IMG/VR virus record: IMGVR_UViG_3300036939_000021
Span: 41,885-105,884 of that record
Length of the DNA: 64,000 bases
DNA from: a virus
Strand: one strand, 5' to 3'
A program made the position numbers and the translations under genes. How positions within the stretch are numbered: position 1 is the stretch's first letter; each line of letters begins with the position of its first letter. The notes beneath the pieces were generated by a model. That model was not told the origin of the DNA. It saw only the letters and a list, made by a program, of their open reading frames with translations, and did no database searches. Shown here piece by piece: positions 1 to 7,605 of the stretch.

Positions 1-33
1 GAGAGGTTTTGAATGATTTTATTTGGCGATAGG

Positions 34-183
34 CTAGGTGATGCCTCTTGCTAGCCGTTCTAGAGTGTCGGATAGACTAGTAGCGTTTATTTCTGTTTGT
101 TTTTCTTCAAGCCACTTGAGTACTGTTGGAGTAACGGTAAGGGTGAGTTTTTGCTTAGATTCTTTATATACATTTTTTCTCAT
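34..183 (-). CDS. small ribbon-helix-helix-like DNA-binding protein (49 aa, not in ORF track)
   Basis: Manual translation MRKNVYKESKQKLTLTVTPTVLKWLEEKQTEINATSLSDTLERLARGIT*; beta-strand/helix/S-x-S-helix pattern; divergent from the KilA-N gene. Confidence 0.6.
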   Translation of the reverse strand: MRKNVYKESKQKLTLTVTPTVLKWLEEKQTEINATSLSDTLERLARGIT

Positions 184-253
184 AAGTAGTGTAATACCCG
201 TTTAAAATACGTGCTATAATTAAAGAGTAACGCAAATAGAAGGATTTTGCAAG

Positions 254-973
254 ATGTCAGTTATTCAACAATGGCAGGGATCGGATATAAGATTTGAGAC
301 GCGTAAGGATGGACGTGTTTGGGGATGCCTTACAGATATGGCACAAGCAACAGGCAAACTAGTAGCCGATTATCTACGTCTTGTATCTACCCAAGATTAT
401 TTACAAGCTTTATCAGATGATATGGGAATCCCCATAGCTAACATACTTTATGCTATTCCAGGTCAAAAAACAGGAACTTGGGCTATTGATGAAGTAGTAA
501 TAGATTTTGCACAGTGGTGCAATGTAAAGTTTCGGATTTGGGTGAATCGTGTTATTCGGAGTTTGATTATAGAGAAATCAGCATCATTTTTAGATGATTC
601 TGTAGAAGAAAAAGCTTTATCGATGATTAGCAATTTAATTAATCAGATGGAAGCAAGTGTGAGTGATCCGTTAGCTGTTAGTCGTTATGGTAAGGCTATT
701 GATGTTTTGAATGTAACATTACATCGTAATCAAACGGCAATGTTAAAGGATATCAAAACTAACTCTGTTTCTGATTTCTTAGAACAACACGTAGAAGAGT
801 TTAAAGGAGAGAAGATGATAGCGAAAGACTTGTATCACAGTTATTGCCGTTTTTGCTTAAAAAATAAATATACAAAAGAGACATTAACATCTTTTGGTAA
901 ATATGTTAGTACAGTGTATGAAAAACATCGTACAAATAAAGGAGTAATTTATTTAGATATGCGGTTAAAATAA
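254..973 (+). CDS. KilA-N domain protein with C-terminal primase-type winged-helix domain
   Basis: CLTDMAQATGK..DYLRL..TQDYL..GTW..FAQWC..F.IWV KilA-N signature; C-terminus LYHSYCRFC..FGK..RTNKGVIY resembles the primase C-terminus ending at 56630. Confidence 0.85.
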   Translation: MSVIQQWQGSDIRFETRKDGRVWGCLTDMAQATGKLVADYLRLVSTQDYLQALSDDMGIPIANILYAIPGQKTGTWAIDEVVIDFAQWCNVKFRIWVNRVIRSLIIEKSASFLDDSVEEKALSMISNLINQMEASVSDPLAVSRYGKAIDVLNVTLHRNQTAMLKDIKTNSVSDFLEQHVEEFKGEKMIAKDLYHSYCRFCLKNKYTKETLTSFGKYVSTVYEKHRTNKGVIYLDMRLK

Positions 974-1006
974 AAATTGAAATGCGGTTTTTTGTCAAGT
1001 ATACAA

Positions 1007-1038
1007 ATCTGACTTTCCCAGAGGTCAGATTTTTTTTT
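1007..1038 (+). terminator. intrinsic terminator
   Basis: TCTGAC..GTCAGA stem followed by a T run; near-identical copy at 2221-2250. Confidence 0.75.
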
Positions 1039-1047
1039 AATATTTTA

Positions 1048-1086
1048 TTGACATCTTAGATTTTTATTACCATAATAGAGGAGTCG
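1048..1086 (+). promoter_or_regulatory. phage early sigma70-type promoter (repeat family)
   Basis: TTGACA-17-CATAAT then AGAGGAGTCG. Confidence 0.85.
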
Positions 1087-1111
1087 AAAGAGAAAGCTAA
1101 GGAAAACCAAA

Positions 1112-1333
1112 ATGAGCTTATACATTAAGAATGCTGACCCTCTTTTATTTGTCTATGAGACTAGCGATCCAGAATCGGGAGAACCTGATTATCTTTTGAC
1201 TACAACTTGCCCTTGTCTGGTAGGAAAGACTTCAATAGAACAAGCGATTATTCGAGATTCGTATGTAAATGAAACGGATGAAGATGAAGAAAAAGGAATA
1301 GCTTTAGTTTCTGAATGGCTTAGAACACACTAA
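1112..1333 (+). CDS. hypothetical early protein
   Basis: ORF with AAGGA RBS downstream of early promoter. Confidence 0.7.
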   Translation: MSLYIKNADPLLFVYETSDPESGEPDYLLTTTCPCLVGKTSIEQAIIRDSYVNETDEDEEKGIALVSEWLRTH

Positions 1334-1395
1334 GAAATTTTCAATAATTCCAGGGATGCATCTACTAGGACAAAACACATAACTAAGGAAAAAAG

Positions 1396-1656
1396 ATGAC
1401 ATATATACCACAAAAAATAATAGTCATAGATTTATATGGATCAGGATATGCTGTCTTAATAGATGCTAAGAGAGAACATGAAAAAGTTTGGTTTTCACAT
1501 TCAGGTTTAACAGCTTGTGTAAGGAATAGACATCGAGTCAATGGGATTATAGAAAAAACAAGAATGAAAAATCCCAATATAGAGATTATTGAACACTATC
1601 ATGATGGACATAATGAATATATGCCATTAACTGAAGAAAGCAGACGTATTTTATAA
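1396..1656 (+). CDS. hypothetical early protein
   Basis: ORF with AAGGA RBS, preceded by intergenic repeat. Confidence 0.7.
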   Translation: MTYIPQKIIVIDLYGSGYAVLIDAKREHEKVWFSHSGLTACVRNRHRVNGIIEKTRMKNPNIEIIEHYHDGHNEYMPLTEESRRIL

Positions 1657-1708
1657 ATTATTAGAATGCATATACTAAGACAAAAAACCTCACATGGAAT
1701 AATTCAAA

Positions 1709-1966
1709 ATGACAACGACACAACAGACAGAACAAGATCAAGCAGAACATTACAAACGGTTATTTAACAAGTTTGCTGAAGGTGTCATAATGCTTTACAA
1801 ACAAGCACTTGTTCTAAAAACACCTGAAGCATATCGATTCTGGAACTTACGAGAAGAAAACCTCTACAAGCAAATTACAGAGAATTTGAATGAGACAGAC
1901 AAAAAGGAATTGCTCCGAATTCTGGTAATTGCTAATGAACGAGCGGTCAAAGTAATTCGTAAGTAA
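1709..1966 (+). CDS. hypothetical early protein
   Basis: ORF preceded by intergenic repeat and GGAATAAT motif. Confidence 0.7.
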   Translation: MTTTQQTEQDQAEHYKRLFNKFAEGVIMLYKQALVLKTPEAYRFWNLREENLYKQITENLNETDKKELLRILVIANERAVKVIRK

Positions 1967-2025
1967 TTTAATAATAAAAATTAGGGAGCATCTACTATTA
2001 AAAGTGAACACCCAATGGAATAATC

Positions 2026-2211
2026 ATAAAATTTGCAAAATTAGCTCTAGGTTTAACTCTTACGTTTTCTATCATTGTTGGTAATATTTATATTGTTGTA
2101 AAACCTTTGATAGCTTCTGAGACTCAAAGTTAGTGTAAAAAAGAAAAATCTAGTCCTTGTCCTGGTATGGGTAGGAGAGAGTACAATAGAATGATGTTTT
2201 CTTTTTCTTAG
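2026..2211 (+). pseudogene. degenerate secreted small peptide gene (signal peptide + PatX-like GxGRR C-terminus)
   Basis: ATA at the expected start, then KFAKLALGLTLTFSIIVGNIYIVVKPLIASETQS*CKKEKSSPCPGMGRREYNRMMFSFS*; in-frame TAG at 2131-2133. Confidence 0.5.
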
Positions 2212-2220
2212 CTACCACAG

Positions 2221-2250
2221 TCTGACTTTTTATCAGGTCAGACTTTTTTT
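2221..2250 (+). terminator. intrinsic terminator
   Basis: TCTGAC..GTCAGA stem + T7. Confidence 0.75.
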
Positions 2251-2471
2251 GTTTTAAATATTTTAATATTTTACTAATTTAGACTTTTCTAGAAGCCTCA
2301 ATAATATTGGATAAGGGAATAGGTCATTTTCTTTATTTTTAAGGCTCTAGAGCCATTCTAGAGGGCACCTAGAAGATTAGAAAAGTCTGCTAGCTTTCGA
2401 GATTTTTCGAAATTTATATATTTTCTAATAAAACAAAACAAAAAAAAATGGGGGATAGCTCCCCCAAGTCT

Positions 2472-2825
2472 TTATTCTTTTGTTTCCATCCAGTCTGCTA
2501 GTTTGGCTTTTCCTCCTTTTTTAATTATTCTCGTGTATTCTTTGTATTTTTCTTTGTCAGCTTTGCAAATTTCGGTCAAGTCTTTCAGAGTCATTTTAGA
2601 GAAGTTTGTCGGTTTTTCTGGAGGACTTTCTATAGGAATAATTTCTTGTTTTGGTTCTGGTTTTTTGATGATTTCTTTTGGCTTTTCTTCTGGTGTGTAG
2701 GGCTTGACTGGTGGACAGTAAGTAGCCATCCAGGTTATGTGAGAGTGGTAGAAAGCATGAGCGATGATTCCAGAGAATCCTATGATTGCAATAGACTCGA
2801 TTGCTGAGGTGAGAAGTGCTTGCAT
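2472..2825 (-). CDS. membrane-anchored protein with C-terminal HeH/Rho-N-like domain
   Basis: N-terminal hydrophobic segment, Pro/Lys/Glu linker, NFSKMTLKDLTEICK...KAKL motif. Confidence 0.6.
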   Translation of the reverse strand: MQALLTSAIESIAIIGFSGIIAHAFYHSHITWMATYCPPVKPYTPEEKPKEIIKKPEPKQEIIPIESPPEKPTNFSKMTLKDLTEICKADKEKYKEYTRIIKKGGKAKLADWMETKE

Positions 2826-2906
2826 TGTCTATTTCCTTAGATTTTCTTAGCTAGGCGATTTAGAGAGGTTTTAGAGCTTTTTGAGGCGTCGCTCTTTTTC
2901 TTCCCT

Positions 2907-2943
2907 ACTCTTCTATTTTATTAATAAAAATCTAAGATGTCAA
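2907..2943 (-). promoter_or_regulatory. phage early promoter (repeat family)
   Basis: minus strand TTGACATCTTAGATTTTTATTAA-TAAAAT-AGAAGAGT. Confidence 0.85.
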
Positions 2944-3028
2944 TAAATATAATATAAAGTTTTTATGAATAATTTTTTTTAAACTAATAGATTCACGATA
3001 AGATATTAAAAATAGATTTGATGAATAA

Positions 3029-3775
3029 ATGGTTGAATTATTAAAAGATCCATATTTTCGAGTACAACTAGATAAAGATGCAAGTTCACCTAATCCGGAA
3101 GCTGCGATATGGAATGCACAACATATTTGTGTAGCTGAGAAAGATTCTTATCATGATCAGCTACCTTTAGAACCTGGAAAAGCAATAATAAAACATCAAT
3201 TAGAAGGTGGAAAGGGTCACTATTCAGTAGCTGCTTTTGCTTTTGCAAAAATAGATTTTTATGGTTTCTCGCATGATGCTATTATGCAGATGAGAACTCA
3301 TCACACTAGTGGTAGTGATGTAAGATTTCTAGTACAAAGTTCTCGTTATACTTCTCAGAGATTTATAGATGTAGCTGAAGGAAAACTAAAACCAGAGGAA
3401 GTATTTTATTGGCGTCCTTTAGGAAAATATACAAGTCGTAATGGTTGGTATGAAAATAGTGATTTAGTACAGAATATTTTTTATGAGCAATGTAGAGAAA
3501 ATTGTAAAGTCTATGCTGATTTAGTTTTAGAGTACAATCAACCTTATGAACAGGCAAGAAACGTACTTTCACAAGGAATACGACAAGATTTCACAATAGC
3601 AGCAACGTTAAAAGGATTTTGGCATTTACTCGATCAAAGAACAAAAAAAGATTCTCAACTAGAAATTCAAACTTTAGCAGAAATGTTACAGCAAGAATTA
3701 GAAAAATGGTGTCCTACACTTTCTTATTGGTACAGAGAGAATCATATTAAAAAATCTAAGAAATTATTACCTTAA
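3029..3775 (+). CDS. thyX: FAD-dependent thymidylate synthase
   Basis: GHYS, QMRTH...VQSSRY, EQARNVL, R..KDSQLEIQ ThyX motifs. Confidence 0.9.
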   Translation: MVELLKDPYFRVQLDKDASSPNPEAAIWNAQHICVAEKDSYHDQLPLEPGKAIIKHQLEGGKGHYSVAAFAFAKIDFYGFSHDAIMQMRTHHTSGSDVRFLVQSSRYTSQRFIDVAEGKLKPEEVFYWRPLGKYTSRNGWYENSDLVQNIFYEQCRENCKVYADLVLEYNQPYEQARNVLSQGIRQDFTIAATLKGFWHLLDQRTKKDSQLEIQTLAEMLQQELEKWCPTLSYWYRENHIKKSKKLLP

Positions 3776-3781
3776 AACAAG

Positions 3782-4312
3782 ATGACTATATTAGTTGACT
3801 GGCAGATAAGACAAGAAGCCTTACGAAATAATTTAGTAGTGCCTTTTGATGAGGAGATGCTCAATCCTTGTTCTATTGATGTGAGAGTAGGACATACAGC
3901 AAAACTTCGGATAGTTGGAGGATGGCAAGATATAGAATTAGCACATTATGGGGAAACATTTCCTTATATGCTTTATCCAGGAGATAGAGTTTTAATAGCT
4001 AGTTTAGAGACTTATAATTTTTCTGAAAATTTAGCTGGACAGTTTAAATTAAAATCTAGTCGAGGTAGAGAATGGTATGAACATTTAGAAGCGGGATGGA
4101 TAGATCCAGGATGGCACGGAAGTAAATTAACAATGGAAATTATTGCAATGGATGTATCACCATTGCCTTTATATCCAGGTTTAAGAATGGGTCAAATAAT
4201 ATTTTTTAAATTAGATGAAATACCAGAGAAATCTTATAGTGTGACTGGAAAGTATAATAATGATGTAACGGTACAAGAGAGTAAAGATAATATTTTTAGT
4301 ATAAAATATTGA
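3782..4312 (+). CDS. dcd: dCTP deaminase
   Basis: LNPCSIDVR, KSSRGR, AGWIDPGWHG, GLRMGQIIF, Y..GKY motifs. Confidence 0.9.
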   Translation: MTILVDWQIRQEALRNNLVVPFDEEMLNPCSIDVRVGHTAKLRIVGGWQDIELAHYGETFPYMLYPGDRVLIASLETYNFSENLAGQFKLKSSRGREWYEHLEAGWIDPGWHGSKLTMEIIAMDVSPLPLYPGLRMGQIIFFKLDEIPEKSYSVTGKYNNDVTVQESKDNIFSIKY

Positions 4313-4738
4313 TTATATTTTCTCTAACTCTTCTTCTAAATCTAATAAAGTTCCCCAAGTTCTAGCATTTAACACACCGGAATCGTAAAGCATTTTTATA
4401 ATCCTGGCTGTTTGTTTGCTGAGTTCTTGGGGATTATTTTCTTTAAGTGCTTCGGGAAAAGGTAAGAAATCCTCAAAAGTTGCATTCTCACCTGCCAACA
4501 TTAGAGCAACTTTTGCTATCGACTTTGCATTAATATTTGCGTTAAGTCTCTCTAATTTTCCTATTTCTTTAAGCGTTTCCCTGATGATGTGACAGGGACA
4601 TCTATGATAGATTCTTCTGTGGAAGATTGGATCGCTAATATTTCTGGCTGTAAGTTTGTAGTATCCGGTTCTGTAAAATTCTTGTTGCTCTCTGACGGAA
4701 TCGCGATAACTTCGTAACCGTTCAAGTATTGTTTTTTT
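4313..4738 (-). CDS. tail chaperone -1 frameshift extension (gpT-like)
   Basis: -1 frame open from the slippery site (TILERLRSYRDSVREQQEFYRTGYY...KVAL) and continuous with the 4313..4501 ORF. Confidence 0.75.
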   Translation of the reverse strand, partial: KKTILERLRSYRDSVREQQEFYRTGYYKLTARNISDPIFHRRIYHRCPCHIIRETLKEIGKLERLNANINAKSIAKVALMLAGENATFEDFLPFPEALKENNPQELSKQTARIIKMLYDSGVLNARTWGTLLDLEEELEKI

Positions 4739-5370
4739 TCCTGTGGAACTGTATCATCTACCGATTCCCATTCTCTCTCCTCAGCTAGAGCAAAACCAGC
4801 TAGTTCTCGAATATCAGACATAGGAAGTTTAGAAATTATTCTATTAAAAATCGCAATACGTTTTTCAGAACTTAACCACTGTTCCTCAGGAATTGCTAAT
4901 AATTCTGATGTTTCTTTAGGTTCTAGGGATAATCTGTAAGTTTTATTTATTTTAGTAAGATTTTCTACAAGCCATTGTGAATCTAGACGGCTAGAAAGAA
5001 TCATTAAAGCTACTGCTTTAGTTTGTATAGTATTTATTTTTTCAGGATTATTTTGTTGAGAAAGTACAGTCATATGCTCTTTAAATTTTATCGAGAATGA
5101 CATGAGCTTCAGTTGTTCATTCTCATCAGCTATTACTTTATTTTCTAAAATTTTTGAAATAAAACTTAAAGCTTCTTCTAGCGGTATATTTTCTTTTTCT
5201 GATACTGCTATTGCAAACTTTTCAATAGCATCGAGTTTTTGGAGTTCATGACCTCTAACTTTATCAGCCATGTATTCTGTTTCTTCTACTGTGAGACTTC
5301 CCATTTTTGCTAGAGGAAAGGGGAAAGAACCAACAGGGTAAAGAGAAGAGAAAACACTGGAATCATTCAT
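4561..5370 (-). CDS. tail assembly chaperone (gpG-like)
   Basis: Downstream of the tail tube genes on the same strand; contains slippery A AAA AAA; ATG at 5370 preferred over the track start. Confidence 0.7.
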   Translation of the reverse strand: MNDSSVFSSLYPVGSFPFPLAKMGSLTVEETEYMADKVRGHELQKLDAIEKFAIAVSEKENIPLEEALSFISKILENKVIADENEQLKLMSFSIKFKEHMTVLSQQNNPEKINTIQTKAVALMILSSRLDSQWLVENLTKINKTYRLSLEPKETSELLAIPEEQWLSSEKRIAIFNRIISKLPMSDIRELAGFALAEEREWESVDDTVPQEKKQYLNGYEVIAIPSESNKNFTEPDTTNLQPEILAIQSSTEESIIDVPVTSSGKRLKK

Positions 5371-5463
5371 ACAAAAGTAATATAAATTGTTCAATATATT
5401 AATTTAACACATATAGAAGTTAAAAATATTAAAATAAAGATTTTATAAATTTTTTAATAGATA

Positions 5464-5502
5464 TTGACAGCATATTAGATTTTAGCTATTATAGAGAAGT
5501 CG
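5464..5502 (+). promoter_or_regulatory. phage early promoter (repeat family)
   Basis: TTGACA-17-TATTAT-AGAGAAGTCG. Confidence 0.8.
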
Positions 5503-5523
5503 AGCTAAGAGAAGCAAAGAAAA

Positions 5524-5745
5524 ATGAAATTAACTTACTGGGTAGCTGTCAATAAGCAGGATGCTTCTTGCTATAATCTTCGAGCTAAAACTAAGAAACG
5601 GGTTTTAGAATTAATAAAACTTTCAGGGCATGATGATGAACACTATGGAACACCGAAAAAAGTAGAAATAGAGTATGATGATGGATTTGATTTATTAACA
5701 CAAGCTTTAGGAGAAGGAGGACTAAGCTATTTAGAAGAAGATTAA
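5524..5745 (+). CDS. hypothetical early protein (inserted cassette)
   Basis: Own promoter and terminator, opposite strand to the surrounding tail genes. Confidence 0.75.
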   Translation: MKLTYWVAVNKQDASCYNLRAKTKKRVLELIKLSGHDDEHYGTPKKVEIEYDDGFDLLTQALGEGGLSYLEED

Positions 5746-5755
5746 GATGATTAAA

Positions 5756-5797
5756 AAACAAAAAATCTCTTAGATAGCTCTAAGAGATTTTTTGTTT
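5756..5797. terminator. bidirectional terminator, 19-bp inverted repeat
   Basis: AAACAAAAAATCTCTTAGA / TCTAAGAGATTTTTTGTTT between convergent genes. Confidence 0.8.
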
Positions 5798-5814
5798 AAT
5801 AGTTTCATATGGAA

Positions 5815-6084
5815 TCATTCATTTAGTTTTTCAAAATAAACTTTAATATTATTGTTTATATCACATAATCGAGCATATGTTTCTACTTGTAGTTCTTTTG
5901 GTACAAGTAATCTACGACCATCTTTAATTAATTCTGAGCCGTAAAATAAACGTTGTGGATTTTTAGTAAAAAAGAGAGCGCAACCACAAGTTACATGATT
6001 TTCAAAAAGTTTACAATTTATTAATATTATTGTTTGTCCTTTAGAAGCTAAATAATTATAGAAATTATTATCCATATTAAACAA
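5815..6084 (-). CDS. hypothetical protein
   Basis: ORF overlapping the stop of the tail tube paralogue. Confidence 0.55.
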   Translation of the reverse strand: MFNMDNNFYNYLASKGQTIILINCKLFENHVTCGCALFFTKNPQRLFYGSELIKDGRRLLVPKELQVETYARLCDINNNIKVYFEKLNE

Positions 6085-6772
6085 TATTTAAGGAGTTGTA
6101 AGTATTAGGTTGAACTCTTGCATCAATACGGAAACTCCTCAAACTTTGCATATTTGCGGTAGGACTACAACTAGTAACTATAGCAGCACCACGTTTATAA
6201 TTACCATCCGGATAAGTATGTAAAAACCAAAATTCGTGATTTCTAAAACTTAAATCTTCGCATAGTTTTATAAGTAAAGCCCCACCAACATCACCGTAAA
6301 TTTCAATAAGGTCTATATTTATTTTTTTAGAATTAAAAGTTTGTTTTTCTTCTCGTTCTGCTCCATGAGATACATTACTGGTATCAGTTGTTTGTATTTC
6401 TGGACTAATTATAAAATTTTTACATCCTGCCACTAACCATAAAGCCTGAGTAGTAGAGGTTGTATTTATTGGAATAATAACTCCACTAGATTGATCTAAA
6501 ATGCTTACTGGTGTTGATGTTGTAGTTAAATTAACATCTTCAGCAATTTCTATGATTATTCCATTGAATATTAATTGTGTTTCTGCTGTTAAATATGTTT
6601 CTAAATTTGATTTTAAAAATATTATTCCAGGATTAGTATTACTATTAAATTCTTGAGTTACGGTAATATTGTGATTTTTAGGTATTCTAACGCCAAGAGG
6701 CAAGAGAGCTATACGCAATCTTGCCCCTAATGTAGTTTTTCGAGTAGATGGGTAAGTATGGGATTTAGCCAT
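6077..6772 (-). CDS. tail tube protein paralogue
   Basis: Full-length similarity to 6772..7542 (PSTRKTTLG, GC..ISPEIQ, YGD.GG, EF.F, G.A). Confidence 0.7.
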   Translation of the reverse strand: MAKSHTYPSTRKTTLGARLRIALLPLGVRIPKNHNITVTQEFNSNTNPGIIFLKSNLETYLTAETQLIFNGIIIEIAEDVNLTTTSTPVSILDQSSGVIIPINTTSTTQALWLVAGCKNFIISPEIQTTDTSNVSHGAEREEKQTFNSKKINIDLIEIYGDVGGALLIKLCEDLSFRNHEFWFLHTYPDGNYKRGAAIVTSCSPTANMQSLRSFRIDARVQPNTYNSLNIV

Positions 6773-7542
6773 TAAACAACAGCAACAGCGGTTACAGTAG
6801 CCTTAGTATGTACATAGGAGTCACCTTGTACCTGAGCAGAACCTGAAATATTTACAAGTTGTTGAACTCCACCTTGAGGCGATGCAGAATTAAGAATTGC
6901 CACACCTTCGTGAATTTCTCCTGAACTTTCTCGAACTTCAAAATAAAATTCACGTCCAATGTCGCTGTCTTCATACATGATGTCATAAAGAACGTCTCCA
7001 CCTCTATCACCATATATTGCACGAAATTCAAATGCAAGTTCTTTAGCATTTGAAACTGTTACCATTTCTTTTCCTGTTCCTGAAAGATAAGTTGTTCCGT
7101 CTTCATTCTGTATCTGAGGACTTACAGTAGCGTTAGAGCAACCATTTACAAAAATAAGAGCTTTTGTAATAGTTGTATCTGTTGTAGCGAGAGTAACTGG
7201 AGCATCAGGATCGATAATAGTTACAGGTGTAGCAGTAGTGCCAACTTCTTTACCTTCAGCAACTTTTACCACTTTATTAGTTCCAAAATTTAAGATTAAT
7301 CCACCATCAACATATACTTTAGTACCAGCTGTAGGAGCTGTACCATTAACTTGGGTAAGAGTTAATGAAAGTTGATCAGAACTCGCACTAGTAAAAGCTG
7401 AAGCAACTGTTAAAGTATATAATGGCGCTTTACGAATAGTAGAAATTTGTTCACCATATAAAATAATAGGTAGTCTACCAATTGCAAAAGTTTTGCCGAT
7501 GGTAGTTCTACGTGTAGATGGTCTAACTACTGTCTTAGCCAT
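6772..7542 (-). CDS. major tail tube protein
   Basis: T/V-rich beta protein with YFEVRESSGEIHEGVA...ISGSAQVQG tail-tube C-terminal pattern; preceded by the late motif. Confidence 0.7.
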   Translation of the reverse strand: MAKTVVRPSTRRTTIGKTFAIGRLPIILYGEQISTIRKAPLYTLTVASAFTSASSDQLSLTLTQVNGTAPTAGTKVYVDGGLILNFGTNKVVKVAEGKEVGTTATPVTIIDPDAPVTLATTDTTITKALIFVNGCSNATVSPQIQNEDGTTYLSGTGKEMVTVSNAKELAFEFRAIYGDRGGDVLYDIMYEDSDIGREFYFEVRESSGEIHEGVAILNSASPQGGVQQLVNISGSAQVQGDSYVHTKATVTAVAVV

Positions 7543-7572
7543 TTTAATAAATAAAAATAGTACGGTACTATT

Positions 7573-7585
7573 TACAATATTCCAC
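7573..7585 (-). promoter_or_regulatory. candidate late promoter GTGGAATATTGTA
   Basis: Same 13-mer upstream of tail tube, scaffold, capsid and tape measure genes. Confidence 0.65.
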
Positions 7586-7605
7586 TAGTGGAAGTCTCAG
7601 AAAGT

